From the IMG/VR virus record IMGVR_UViG_3300049432_000156, positions 13,366 through 77,365 of that record: DNA of 64,000 nucleotides. The stretch is one strand, 5' to 3'. The DNA is from a virus. Shown here piece by piece: positions 25,200 through 35,488 of the stretch. A model generated the notes under the pieces. It was not told the origin of the DNA, ran no database searches, and worked only from the letters and a program-made list of their open reading frames with translations. Made by a program: the position numbers and the translations under genes. Numbering within the stretch: position 1 is the stretch's first letter; every line of letters begins with the position of its first letter.

Positions 25200-27483
25200 T
25201 GCAGCAGCCTCCACCGAGACCGGCCACCTTCAGTCTGTATCCGAAGTAGCGGCCTCTCGCCGCAGTGAAAAACGCCGCATCCATTCCGGGTCTCGTCATG
25301 TTTGCCTGATGCTCTGCGGCGGAAAATTCACTCAAACATCTAAGCTCCACACCTTGTTCAATCACTCCATTCGGCTGAACGTTTCTCATCAGTTTCCAAC
25401 TTGGGCAATTCGGCTCTGCTGCAAAGCCGATGTAACCGTACAATAGATTCGGTGAAGTCTGCGGCTCCGCACGATAGGAAACCTTGACTTCACGGCACGA
25501 CTTTTCTCCATCAACTCGCAAGTCCTCCATGCCACTTTGGATCACAGAATCGTATCCCCTAAACACATAGAGGCCGTTGACCAATTGCTCTCGGTAGAAA
25601 ATTCCATCTTCGTATTGTTTCAAACATCGGTCGCTGGTATCTGCCATCACGAAAATTTTTCGGCCAGTGCAACCCTTGCAAAAATCCTCAGCCGTTCGAT
25701 TACCCAAGATGGCGCACAGCGAATCCGTGTCCGCCGGCAGCGACGGGTCTTCGGTCTCGTTCCAGATGCAGGTCGGGCTTGCGGTTGCTTCAACATCGCT
25801 CTCGGTTGGTTCGCCTTCCTTGATGGTCGGCGGAAGTTCATTGCGTTCGCAGACACCAAGTTCTTCCAGCCAATCCGCCACGGTCGGCAGCCGGTCGGAT
25901 TCAAAAATGCAAAAAGCCGAGAAGCCGTGATCCACGAGATCGGCGGCTTCCTGTTGCCGGGTGAGATTGAACACCAACGAGACGTTCGGGCATGAGTTGT
26001 CACCGGTTGGCCAGGACCACCAAAGCTCTTTGAGCACCGAGTTGTAACCGCCCGTGACAAGGTCGCACGCATCGTTGTTCAGGGGGCCATACGACGTTTC
26101 AAACTCGTCGATGCCGGCGAAGATGACCGGTGACGTCGCGCGCATCCAGCCGACTTCAATCGGAGACGCATCGGCCAGCGTCATCAGGAGAATCTTATCC
26201 TCGCTCAGGTAGTAAATCTGCTCGCCCGTGTTCACCAGCGAGAACTTGTATTTGCACGCATCCGGCCCACGATAAATCGTCTCGAAATTAAAAACTTCAC
26301 CGGAAGAAACCAGCGACCCGCGGTGAATCGCCTGGTCTGAGAAGCAGTAAAGATAATCACCAAGGACTTCCATCCTGAGAATCCGCTCCCCGCTACCGAT
26401 GTCTTGGAAGCCGGCCAGGGAATCGGTTGTCGGAATGAACGAGATCGGGTTCTTGTAGTCCGACCAGACGACACGGTGCGGATAGTAAGAACCGTCCTGC
26501 TCCACGTCAGCAAGGAACATGAACCCCTTGAACTCGGCCAGGCAACCGACCTTGGTGATGTTCAAATCTTCCAAGTCCGGGATCGGGCGCGCGCTCCACA
26601 AATCGCAGTTACTCCCGTCTCCGGGCTGTGGAGAGTCATCGAAATACCACCAGAGCGGAGGGTCGAAATCGTTTGAAAGTACGAGGATGTTGTCCATCTG
26701 CGCGGAGAGGAACCGGCGCTGCGAACAACCGGTGCAATCCAGCGTCGCATCGACCGTTCCTCCAAGACCGTCCGCCAGAATTCGCCAGTTGCCCGTGCGC
26801 TCGTTCAACGAATACAGACGGCTCTTTGTTCCCGCGATGAGCTTCCGGAAGTTGCGCGGACTCCTGAACTCTGCCAGATAAGTGATGGCCTCACGGCAAC
26901 CGCCTCTCACCAATGGGACTTCGCCACAGTACAGATACTCGTAACCGAAAGTCGGTGAATAGATGCCTTCATACGGTCCATACGGGTATCCTTCGGTCAC
27001 GAATCCAGACTCGCCTTCATGGCACATTGTCCGATAGTACGTGAGCGGTGGAAAATCGTAATAGAAATAGGCGAAGCACGCGTTGTTGGCCGTGACCCCG
27101 AACGGAAATGCTCCGTAAGGGTCTCCGGGGTGATTCACGTAGTCTGACGTGAAGATGTCGTACCCAGGATTGTATCCGGTCGGGTGATGATAGCTGTAGG
27201 CGTAGTGATCGAATTCACCGCCCCCCGAGAGGAAGGCCGAGTAGCCTTCGTAATATAGCTGGCTTGAAAATAATTGATCTGCCAACGATTCGTTGTTGTA
27301 GCTCTGGTTGACGCCGTCGAGAAGCTTGACCCATCCGCCGCGCCGGCATCGCTTTCCTATCGCGCGCACCGACATGTTCTTCACCAAGACGAAACTTCCG
27401 GCACCGGTTGAATCCGGCAACGATCTGATGTCAAAAAGCCCCGTCAAGGGCCTTACCGGAACCAAAGCGTATTTCGATGGCAT
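25159..27483 (-). CDS. Tail tubular/stabilisation protein (podovirus gp10/gp12-like)
   Basis: 774 aa with beta-propeller-like motifs (RVVWSD, ELWWSWP, RGRYFGYRL); position. Confidence 0.65.
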   Translation of the reverse strand: MPSKYALVPVRPLTGLFDIRSLPDSTGAGSFVLVKNMSVRAIGKRCRRGGWVKLLDGVNQSYNNESLADQLFSSQLYYEGYSAFLSGGGEFDHYAYSYHHPTGYNPGYDIFTSDYVNHPGDPYGAFPFGVTANNACFAYFYYDFPPLTYYRTMCHEGESGFVTEGYPYGPYEGIYSPTFGYEYLYCGEVPLVRGGCREAITYLAEFRSPRNFRKLIAGTKSRLYSLNERTGNWRILADGLGGTVDATLDCTGCSQRRFLSAQMDNILVLSNDFDPPLWWYFDDSPQPGDGSNCDLWSARPIPDLEDLNITKVGCLAEFKGFMFLADVEQDGSYYPHRVVWSDYKNPISFIPTTDSLAGFQDIGSGERILRMEVLGDYLYCFSDQAIHRGSLVSSGEVFNFETIYRGPDACKYKFSLVNTGEQIYYLSEDKILLMTLADASPIEVGWMRATSPVIFAGIDEFETSYGPLNNDACDLVTGGYNSVLKELWWSWPTGDNSCPNVSLVFNLTRQQEAADLVDHGFSAFCIFESDRLPTVADWLEELGVCERNELPPTIKEGEPTESDVEATASPTCIWNETEDPSLPADTDSLCAILGNRTAEDFCKGCTGRKIFVMADTSDRCLKQYEDGIFYREQLVNGLYVFRGYDSVIQSGMEDLRVDGEKSCREVKVSYRAEPQTSPNLLYGYIGFAAEPNCPSWKLMRNVQPNGVIEQGVELRCLSEFSAAEHQANMTRPGMDAAFFTAARGRYFGYRLKVAGLGGGCCISGVGLSVAKSEF

Positions 27484-27489
27484 TTCGCG

Positions 27490-28101
27490 TCACGTCTTTA
27501 TGATGAATGTACCGACTGTGAAAGGCGGAAGATTGTTATGCGCCGCGTCTGCCCCGGTCACAGAGGTATCCAATGTTTGGGTCGGGCCGTATTGCAATCC
27601 ATTGGCGCCGCCGTTATTGGCGTCTTTGACCACGAGCGGATAGAACAGGTGCGTGTGCGCTGGCATCTCAGGAATTGTAAGAACATGAGTTTCTTCTCCA
27701 CCGGTATCGCCGATGGCCCGGGTGCTGTTCTTGCCCATCAGGAACATCCCACGGAGGTCTGGAAGGTTGAATGTCGTCGAGCCGTTTCCGTTGCCGAAGG
27801 TTGTCCCGATGACAGCCAGCAATTGTGGGTAGGCCGCGCGTTCAATCTCCCTGCCATCGCAATAAAGCCAGCCGTTCGGAATCACGGTGGTCGGTTGCCA
27901 GACGACGATGCCGACTGGAAGAGCGGCGACTTCCCGGATGAAGGTGTCGGTCAAAGTGCCGTCTGGATTCAGTGCCCATGTGAAAAAGTCGCATAGCATC
28001 TTGGGCATCTGCAAAAAAACGCGCAGAAGCCTATCGCAAAGCGATGACGTACCCGATGGGACTATCGCGCAGAATTCGGCGGGTTTCAGAGGGCTTGGGA
28101 T
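27490..28101 (-). CDS. Tail-collar domain protein (probable ATC start)
   Basis: GWLYCDG...YPQLLAVIGTTFG.GNGSTTFNLPDLRG...GGEETHVLT...HNNLPP; open frame extends to ATC at 28101 behind AAGGAGG. Confidence 0.85.
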   Translation of the reverse strand: MPSPLKPAEFCAIVPSGTSSLCDRLLRVFLQMPKMLCDFFTWALNPDGTLTDTFIREVAALPVGIVVWQPTTVIPNGWLYCDGREIERAAYPQLLAVIGTTFGNGNGSTTFNLPDLRGMFLMGKNSTRAIGDTGGEETHVLTIPEMPAHTHLFYPLVVKDANNGGANGLQYGPTQTLDTSVTGADAAHNNLPPFTVGTFIIKT

Positions 28102-28838
28102 AAATCCCTCCTTTCTACCGGCTTGCCGAAGCGTTTGACAATCGTTCTCGTGTCCAAATTCAAAACTTCAGACCATTCAGAAAGGCACTTTGTCTCACCG
28201 CGAATCGTCAGCATTTTGTTGTTTCGCTTGTTCCTGTTCTGCTCCAGTGGAGTCGCCCACCGAACATTCAATGCCCAATGATGCGCCAAGCAATCGGCGC
28301 AACATCCACACGAATAACTGCCATCATTGTCAATCCGGTCAACCGAGTGTTCGCTTGACGGTTTAGCACCCAGCAGAAGGATGATATTTGCAGGCGAGGA
28401 TTTCAAAAATTCGCATATTGCGATTCCCCTTCCTCCGTACCTGTCGAAGGCGGGATTGTTCTCATTGCAGCAACGCTGGTTTCTTGATGTCCAAGTGTAG
28501 CCGGCTGGCGTGCAGGCTAGACCGTGAACCTTATGTTCTTCACTGGCTCTTTCTTTTTGCAAGCAGCTACAGGATGCCGTATTGCCTTGCTTCAAATTCG
28601 TTGCGCTGGCTGTCGTTGGCTTACCACAATCACAAATGCAATCCCATTCTGGATGGAGACCTTTTTTCTCGGACAGTTTCACGACCGTCAGTTTACCAAA
28701 CCGACGACCTGTTAGATCATCCATCCTACCGGCATCGCAGCAGGGTTTGCTACAGAACCGGATTGGCTTGCGAGCGGTCGGCCTGCGTTCTCTGGTGAAC
28801 TGAACACCGCACTGCTCGCATGTAAATTGGAAAGGCAT
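28086..28838 (-). CDS. HNH homing endonuclease
   Basis: DLTGRRFGKL, CICDCG, RYGGRGI, HSVDRIDNDG, NVRWAT. Confidence 0.9.
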   Translation of the reverse strand: MPFQFTCEQCGVQFTRERRPTARKPIRFCSKPCCDAGRMDDLTGRRFGKLTVVKLSEKKGLHPEWDCICDCGKPTTASATNLKQGNTASCSCLQKERASEEHKVHGLACTPAGYTWTSRNQRCCNENNPAFDRYGGRGIAICEFLKSSPANIILLLGAKPSSEHSVDRIDNDGSYSCGCCADCLAHHWALNVRWATPLEQNRNKRNNKMLTIRGETKCLSEWSEVLNLDTRTIVKRFGKPVERRDLSQAL

Positions 28839-28840
28839 GG

Positions 28841-30280
28841 TTATGAATACGTGACGTGGATGGGCGATTGTGGTGTTCCGACAAGGGTAGCTGGCGGGTC
28901 TTCAAAACCGTTGAACTCGTATTCCCCGTGGGGACAAGTTGGATTTCCGTCGCTCTTGGCGTAACGGATTTGGATTTGAACACCTGATTGCCACACGAAC
29001 ATAATTATAACTCCGCCTGCCGGCCCTACTCCACCTCCGCGTCCAAGACGCATGGCTGCGAAATGCCCCGGTATAACCGGAGATGCGATGCTGTCCCAAA
29101 AGTTAACGCCCTGGACCATTACGCCATCAATGGGAGATTCGTCGGTAAGTGCATTGAAAGCAGCAGCGCCATCGACAGAATGGATGGTGTCCGGATACGG
29201 TTCAACGCATGGGTCACTGCATTCCAATGCCGCTTGCGCTTGCTCAGTTGCCGCCGCGAGGGCGAGCGCGTCAGCCTCTTCCTGAGTCGCCGCTGAATAC
29301 GCCCCGGCTGCAATCGTCACTTCGACCGGCGAACCGGTGAGGTCTTCCGCACATTCGGCCACGAACGTCTGCGCCGTGTTCAGGAAGCTCTCGATTTGCG
29401 CCACACCGGATGACACCGCACATGACTCCCCGACTCCAACCGGATACGGATTGTCCGGGTAAATCTGCACAAGCTCCGACAAATCCAATCCTTCGATGCA
29501 AATCCTCGTTGCGCGTGGTTTCAAGTCCTGTTCCTCGCGAAAGATGATGTCGCCCGCCTTCATCCGGTAATCGGCGTACAGCTTGTCAGCACTCGCCTGG
29601 TCCTTGTCCACCCGCCTGGCCACTTCACTCTCCACGTAGCAGGCGACAGCATCCTTCAAATCGTCATCATCTAACACATAATCGTTGTCGAGATAGGAAC
29701 GGCGGATTCCGCGAGAATGCACCCCTACCACCCAATTGCATGGGAAGCGAGGGAACAACCAGATTTTATTGGCCGGTCCTACGGCAAAGTATTTCTCAGA
29801 ACTGATAAATTCACAGGCGTCTTCCGGCAACGCTGGCAAATATGGTGGGGCACAACCTTCGTTGCCTCCAATGTTGTAGCCGCAGTACGCGGGGTCTCTG
29901 GTGTAGGCCGATAAGGAAAACACTGACGAAGGAACACATCCAGTCTGCGCGCATCGGCACTGTTCATAAAGGCAAGACAACTTTTCCAATGATGCCGATT
30001 CATAGAAATACCTTCGGCACCTGCAAGAAGGCTCGAACGCATAAATCGCTCCAATGCGTCCGCGACAGCCTTGAATGACTGATAATCCACAGTCGTCCGC
30101 GCTCTGATCTTTGTCGTAGAAGTTGACGTTCAGAAGCTGATACGACTCTACGTAAGTTTGAAGCTGGATCAGGGAGTTAACCACCAGATTGCGAAACAAT
30201 GGTACGCGCTGTTCAGCCATGCCCTCGGGGAACACCAGATTGAAGATGTCCCGCTTGAAAGCTGAGAAGGTAATCATCAT
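28841..30280 (-). CDS. Head-tail adaptor-like protein with DUF5977-like segment
   Basis: Position after capsid; VTIAAGAYSAATQEEADALALAAA; Cys-rich. Confidence 0.55.
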   Translation of the reverse strand: MMITFSAFKRDIFNLVFPEGMAEQRVPLFRNLVVNSLIQLQTYVESYQLLNVNFYDKDQSADDCGLSVIQGCRGRIGAIYAFEPSCRCRRYFYESASLEKLSCLYEQCRCAQTGCVPSSVFSLSAYTRDPAYCGYNIGGNEGCAPPYLPALPEDACEFISSEKYFAVGPANKIWLFPRFPCNWVVGVHSRGIRRSYLDNDYVLDDDDLKDAVACYVESEVARRVDKDQASADKLYADYRMKAGDIIFREEQDLKPRATRICIEGLDLSELVQIYPDNPYPVGVGESCAVSSGVAQIESFLNTAQTFVAECAEDLTGSPVEVTIAAGAYSAATQEEADALALAAATEQAQAALECSDPCVEPYPDTIHSVDGAAAFNALTDESPIDGVMVQGVNFWDSIASPVIPGHFAAMRLGRGGGVGPAGGVIIMFVWQSGVQIQIRYAKSDGNPTCPHGEYEFNGFEDPPATLVGTPQSPIHVTYS

Positions 30281-30783
30281 GGCGCAGGTGACGGCCCGGA
30301 TGGCGCTGGTGGACTCGGAGCTTTGGCCGGCGGGATACGACCCACGCGCGGCTTCGAGAATGAACTCGGCACCTCTAAGGGCTGAACTCTCTGCTGCCCA
30401 GCTTGCTGCTGCGCCTGGTTCGGCGATGAAATCACGTTCGGCCCGGGCACCACTGTGCTACCGACGGCGGCTGCGCCCGCAGCACGAATGGCTTGGAGTT
30501 GTTGAAACGGGATTGGCCCCAGACTCTCCCGATCCCGCACTGGCGATGATCCCAAAGAGGACTGAGAGGTTTTTTTTTGTGCCAGCCATGAATTATACTC
30601 GGCCTCCGTCAACGGTATCACCCCGCCGGTGTGCGTCTTCACCGCGCGATCAAGCTCAGCGATTAAATACCCATCAGACGTCGCCAGAATTCCGTAGGTG
30701 CCGCCGATGTCCTCGAACGGCGCCTTCGACCCGTTCGGAAGATAAAGCGCGGATTGAACCAGTTCCTTCAAATACCATTTCAT
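30277..30783 (-). CDS. Hypothetical structural-operon protein
   Basis: MKWYLKE start overlaps upstream stop (ATGA). Confidence 0.6.
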   Translation of the reverse strand: MKWYLKELVQSALYLPNGSKAPFEDIGGTYGILATSDGYLIAELDRAVKTHTGGVIPLTEAEYNSWLAQKKTSQSSLGSSPVRDRESLGPIPFQQLQAIRAAGAAAVGSTVVPGPNVISSPNQAQQQAGQQRVQPLEVPSSFSKPRVGRIPPAKAPSPPAPSGPSPAP

Positions 30784-31694
30784 GGCGTCGAGAGTGCAGG
30801 GTCGGGCGTCGGGACGCAAGCGGGTTGTGCGTGGTCTTTGCGACTCCACCATTTGCCATTGTGCCACGAAGACTTCGCCAAGTTTTCCTCGTACCAAAGA
30901 GGCTGGAGATTCGTGAAATGGAACGCGGCTTTCTGACCTTCGAGAGTTGCCATGTTGTGAGCCGCAATCGGCACTTTATGATCCAAGACCCAACAGCCGG
31001 GTCTGCGCGCCCTGTTGTTCCAAGTCATTCCCGGTTTGAATTGCGATTCGATATGCTTGATGAGCGCCACGCGGTCGCACCCAACCAGGTCCATCGTGTG
31101 CGCCTGCTTCCTTGCGCCATTGAGTGCCGACAGCAATCTGATACGCAAATCCGCGACGAGTTTGTAATGAGGGTCAGTGCGGTATTTCTTAATCAGCCAT
31201 TTGCTCTGATACTTGCTGATTTTCTTGCGGTTCTTTTTCCGATACACCTTGCAAGCCGCTAAAACTTTTGCGCGATACTCTGGATTCGCCCATGACTTCT
31301 GGTGGTTCTCCTTGTCGAAGTTCGGGTTTCTACGCAAGGCACCTTCCCGATATTTGCGAGCGATGGCTCTCTTTTCTTCGGGGCTTCTTAGCGCATTTCT
31401 GGCCAGTTGCTTGACTCGGTTGTTCTCACGCACACGCTCAATGTTCTTCGCCTTCCAACGCTCCACGTTCTCCTTGTGCCTTTTCTTATTGGCGTGATAA
31501 CGCTTGCGGTGGTAGCTCCGCATCCGGTCCCGGTTACGCGCGTAGTACTCACGCCACGGTTTTTTTCGGACGCCCTCCGAGTTTCCCATTTCGCCTGACG
31601 GCTCGGATTTTTTTGGCTGACCGCGAGAGTCCTCCGATTTTCCCGCCGAGTCTTCCAAGGGCAACTGCGTGTTTGTTTTTTGAGCGCATAGCAT
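30780..31694 (-). CDS. HNH-type homing endonuclease with basic repeats
   Basis: HIESQFKPGMTWNN...WVLDHKVP...FHFTNLQPLW..ENLAKS; start uncertain. Confidence 0.85.
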   Translation of the reverse strand: MLCAQKTNTQLPLEDSAGKSEDSRGQPKKSEPSGEMGNSEGVRKKPWREYYARNRDRMRSYHRKRYHANKKRHKENVERWKAKNIERVRENNRVKQLARNALRSPEEKRAIARKYREGALRRNPNFDKENHQKSWANPEYRAKVLAACKVYRKKNRKKISKYQSKWLIKKYRTDPHYKLVADLRIRLLSALNGARKQAHTMDLVGCDRVALIKHIESQFKPGMTWNNRARRPGCWVLDHKVPIAAHNMATLEGQKAAFHFTNLQPLWYEENLAKSSWHNGKWWSRKDHAQPACVPTPDPALSTP

Positions 31695-31701
31695 TTGCCA
31701 G

Positions 31702-31730
31702 AACATATAAACCAAAAGCGGTCTTGGCAA
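31702..31730 (-). promoter_or_regulatory. sigma70-like promoter for HNH gene
   Basis: TTGCCA-17 nt-TATGTT. Confidence 0.55.
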
Positions 31731-31754
31731 GTTATATTTTCGCATAAGCGCCAC

Positions 31755-31784
31755 AAAAAAGCCCAGCCGTAAAGCTGGGCTGTG
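31755..31784 (-). terminator. Intrinsic terminator after capsid gene
   Basis: AGCCCAGC-TTTACG-GCTGGGCT followed by T run. Confidence 0.85.
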
Positions 31785-31802
31785 AAATCATTCGAGCCAG
31801 AA

Positions 31803-33503
31803 TCAGTACGGTTCGTACAAATCCGTATAGACTCCAACTTTTGCGGTCGTGCCAGGCACGACGGACGCAAAATTTTCCAACACCAACGATGACTGAGGAC
31901 AATCAACGACGGCGGTCCATGTCGTCGAGTTGAGCGTGACGGTGCTGGTCGGCCTTTCCATGACGCACGCGAACGACTCGTCGATGCGCGCCAAGTCCGC
32001 GAGCGCCCCGCTGGTAAACTGCTTGCGGTTCGATGCGATGATTCCCGGGTAGATGTTCGGCCAGTCCAAAAACCAGAGGAACTTGCCGCTACCTTCCATA
32101 CCTGCGGTTGTTGCCGCCGCCGCGAGGTCGTCAAAATACCAGTGAGTGATGACGTTGAGCGTCACACCCTGCGGCCAGAGCAAACGGTATGAGTTCCATT
32201 TCAGCCCCAATTCAGACATCTCACCAGGTGTAACATTGACACGTACTGTACCGCCGTACTGCGCATTGAAATACGCGATGAACGCAAGTTCGATTTGATA
32301 CGCGGTCGTTGAATCCGTGAGGACATCAATCGAGTGGGTGTCCATGCTTGAACCCTGTGCATCGCGGATTCGGACGAGCTGATAAATCCGATCCATCAGT
32401 TCGATCAAATTGATTTTTTGTCCCTGTAAATCCACAACGGACCCGCATTCCTGCAACTGCTCGTACACCCCAATCGCATTTGCCCTGAACCCTACGCACC
32501 TGCCTTCGGAGCCTGGGAGATAGAGATCGCCACTGGCATAGGTGGAGATTTGAGGAAGCGAACGGTAAAGCTGTAGGGTCTGGTTCGAGTTGAGGCGCGG
32601 ATTCCAGAAGAAGGAATTGAGCCATTCGCGTTGGGCGATTTCACCCAGTTGGCGGTTCCGTTCAGCCAGAGGGACGTCGCCGAAGATGCGGAAGTATTCG
32701 TTGTTCTTGACGAGGCGGGCGAAAGTTTCCTCATAAAGCTGGTCGGAACAGAGCGTGAATCGGGAGGTTTGGATCCAGAACGGCACGCGTTTGTTCGGGT
32801 TGAGCGCCGGCCGGTTATGGCACCATTGCTCGAAATCATTGATGTTGTTTGTGCCGCGGACCAGGACGCCGCGGGTCGGCAGCGCCGTGGTATTGATGGC
32901 GTTGTAGGAAGCCCCGCTGCGCCCTGTGCACGTGATGGCCAGGACATTGAGACCTGAGTTTGTGGTGGCAACGCATTGGGTGACTTCCCATGCGGTACGG
33001 GCGGAAGAGCCGCCGGCAGTGCGCGAGGCGATATAGACGTAGTTGCCAACAACGAACCATTGCGGATCCAGTTCGATGTTATTGCGGTTGATGACGAAGA
33101 AGGTGGCCGTCGTGGTGTTGCCGATGGAATTGACGACCTCCCAGTATTCGGCGTTGATGATGGATTTCTGGCTGGCCAGGATGAATGGCTGGATTTCGTC
33201 ATAAGAACCGCGGATGGCCTGCTTGGAGACCAGCTTGCCCATCGGCTTGGCGTTGGCCATAAGCAGGTCGTAGAGGCCGTTGACCCTGGAACCGCACATC
33301 TTGAGTTCGAGTTGCGTGGCGAGCAGCGAACTCATGTCGCGGAAGTTCCCTTCGCCATCGGTGAAGATGGTGGCAAGGACAGAAGGGGTCGCGGTAACGA
33401 TTGAGCACTTGGTCAGTGTTCCGCAGGAGGACAGGGACGTGCCGATTGCCGGGAGACAACGCCCGCCGGTGGAGGTTGAGAAAATGTTTGCCGCGATTGC
33501 CAT
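31803..33503 (-). CDS. Probable major capsid protein
   Basis: 566 aa after scaffold, followed by strong terminator; positional call. Confidence 0.65.
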   Translation of the reverse strand: MAIAANIFSTSTGGRCLPAIGTSLSSCGTLTKCSIVTATPSVLATIFTDGEGNFRDMSSLLATQLELKMCGSRVNGLYDLLMANAKPMGKLVSKQAIRGSYDEIQPFILASQKSIINAEYWEVVNSIGNTTTATFFVINRNNIELDPQWFVVGNYVYIASRTAGGSSARTAWEVTQCVATTNSGLNVLAITCTGRSGASYNAINTTALPTRGVLVRGTNNINDFEQWCHNRPALNPNKRVPFWIQTSRFTLCSDQLYEETFARLVKNNEYFRIFGDVPLAERNRQLGEIAQREWLNSFFWNPRLNSNQTLQLYRSLPQISTYASGDLYLPGSEGRCVGFRANAIGVYEQLQECGSVVDLQGQKINLIELMDRIYQLVRIRDAQGSSMDTHSIDVLTDSTTAYQIELAFIAYFNAQYGGTVRVNVTPGEMSELGLKWNSYRLLWPQGVTLNVITHWYFDDLAAAATTAGMEGSGKFLWFLDWPNIYPGIIASNRKQFTSGALADLARIDESFACVMERPTSTVTLNSTTWTAVVDCPQSSLVLENFASVVPGTTAKVGVYTDLYEPY

Positions 33504-33552
33504 AGGGTCATCAGGAGCAAATCGACGGCGTCATTGCCGCAACGATTTGGCC

Positions 33553-35139
33553 TTATGACCTTACGGTTTGAAAGAGCCGCCCCAAAATAACATCTGCTTC
33601 GCCTGGGGCCGGTTTACCATCGGTTCCGGTGGCTGTTTTCACGCTGGCTTTTGACGTGGCCTCCGGGGAAACGATTGTCTCCTTTGTTTTTGCGGGTGTA
33701 ACCGGCTTCTTATCATCTTTGCCGGGTGCCGATTTGGCCGCGTCGATCTTCTTGTAACCGAGCCGTTCGGCGGTTGCATTGAACTTTTCGACCTCAGTAT
33801 CGCGGATTTTTTTGGCCTGATGCGCGTATTTCTGCGCGAGCAGATTGATGATGTCGTCCTGATCGAGGAACCAGTAGCCGGGCTTTTCATCGGCAGGCAG
33901 GTTCCGGTAAGCTAGTCGGCCGATGAACCGTTTCCCGTCGCGCGCGCGATCCTCGGCAGGCATCCGGGCAATGCGCTGTTCCTGTTCGAGGATGAAATCG
34001 GCGATCTCTTTGTGGGCGCCGTTGCGCGCGTCGAATTCAACACCGGCGTTCGGGTCGTGGAGCCGGACGATCTCAGCGCTCAGGGCGAACAACACCCCGG
34101 CGGTGTGGTTCAGGATGCCGGCTGTGATCGGGTCTTTCTCGGCCAGAGCCTTCGCGCCATCGGGTTTGTTGAGTTCAGCGGCGACTTCGGGATCGAATTC
34201 ATTGAGCAACATCCCGACGGATTCGAGCTGCTTCTGTCGAACGAACGGTTCCAGATTCGCCCGGGCACGGTCTTTCTCCATCTGTTGAAGCTTTTCGTTC
34301 ATCGGCTTCACCGCTTGCGCGGAGATGTCGCGTGCGCGCAGATTCACCTTGGCATCCACCCAATCGTCTTCGTCCACTTCCGGTTCGATCCGCGCGAAGA
34401 ATTCGTTGTGTTCCTCGGCGTCGGGATTGAATTTCTGGCCCGGATTCTCCTTCGCCCAGGTCTTCGTGTACTCTTGGATGTCGGTGAGCGACTTCAGATA
34501 TTTGGACGTTACGCCCTTGTAACGGTCGGGCTGCGAGGCTTCGAGTTCCTGATAAACGTCGAATTGCCGGCGTTCGGCGGAGGAAAGGGCTTCACGTGGG
34601 TCTGTAGGCTTGACGACGGCGGGCGAGGCTTCCTGCCTGAGCATTTTGGAAACGGCATTGGTCGCGGCCTCGGCAGCGGCAGCCGCGGCGCGCTCGGTGA
34701 TCTCGTTTCGATCCGCACCCCGCGCTCGTGCTCGGGGTGAACTTGTTTTGTCGTCAACCTTCGGTTTGACCAATGCCGTTTCTTCTGCTGGTTTCTCCGC
34801 TGTTTTCTCTGCTGGCTTTTCCTCCTTGGGTTTGCGAGATTTGAACAACTTCTCGGCAATGCCTTCCCCGGCTTTCTTGAACGCTTCCTGCTCGGCGGCT
34901 TCGCGTTCCTCCCGGGACTTCTTTTCTTCCGGCTTCTCTTCGGGCTTCGGGGGTTCCTCCGCCTTCTCCTTTTTCTCCGGCTTCTTTCCGTCATCCTCCG
35001 CGATGGGCGGCAGTTCACGGCCTTTGATGACCGGCGCGTCGGACATGTCCATCTGGCCGGCGAGGGATTCGAGCAGCGTAGGGGTTTTCCCTAGGTCTTG
35101 GGCGGGCGCGTTTGCTGGAGGATTAGCGATTTCTGGCAT
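33553..35139 (-). CDS. Probable scaffolding protein
   Basis: K/E/A/P-rich coiled coil between portal and capsid. Confidence 0.6.
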   Translation of the reverse strand: MPEIANPPANAPAQDLGKTPTLLESLAGQMDMSDAPVIKGRELPPIAEDDGKKPEKKEKAEEPPKPEEKPEEKKSREEREAAEQEAFKKAGEGIAEKLFKSRKPKEEKPAEKTAEKPAEETALVKPKVDDKTSSPRARARGADRNEITERAAAAAAEAATNAVSKMLRQEASPAVVKPTDPREALSSAERRQFDVYQELEASQPDRYKGVTSKYLKSLTDIQEYTKTWAKENPGQKFNPDAEEHNEFFARIEPEVDEDDWVDAKVNLRARDISAQAVKPMNEKLQQMEKDRARANLEPFVRQKQLESVGMLLNEFDPEVAAELNKPDGAKALAEKDPITAGILNHTAGVLFALSAEIVRLHDPNAGVEFDARNGAHKEIADFILEQEQRIARMPAEDRARDGKRFIGRLAYRNLPADEKPGYWFLDQDDIINLLAQKYAHQAKKIRDTEVEKFNATAERLGYKKIDAAKSAPGKDDKKPVTPAKTKETIVSPEATSKASVKTATGTDGKPAPGEADVILGRLFQTVRS

Positions 35140-35242
35140 AGGTCATGCGGCTTTCCGAGACATCAGCAAATCATAGAAACTGGACGGCTCGACTTTGCAT
35201 AAGCCAAATTCGATTTTTGCCGCGATCATTGCTTCACATTCA

Positions 35243-35488
35243 TCAGTGATTCATCCAGCAAACAGATTTATCAAATGGCGGTGCGTTCTTCAGCAAAGCT
35301 TTGATCCGGTTGGCCGAAGGGCTGTCTTCCTTGATGCCAATGTATATCCCGCCATTCGTGATGAAGCCGCAATCGGAAATCGCGATGATGTCAGCGTCAT
35401 CGACCAGTGTTGGCGACGGCTTTGGCCGTGGAACCGACGCGATTCCGAGAAACGCCAAGATGTTTTTCAGGAATAAGAATCGGTTCAC
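35243..35488 (-). CDS. Hypothetical protein
   Basis: Coupled 81-aa ORF. Confidence 0.45.
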   Translation of the reverse strand: MNRFLFLKNILAFLGIASVPRPKPSPTLVDDADIIAISDCGFITNGGIYIGIKEDSPSANRIKALLKNAPPFDKSVCWMNH

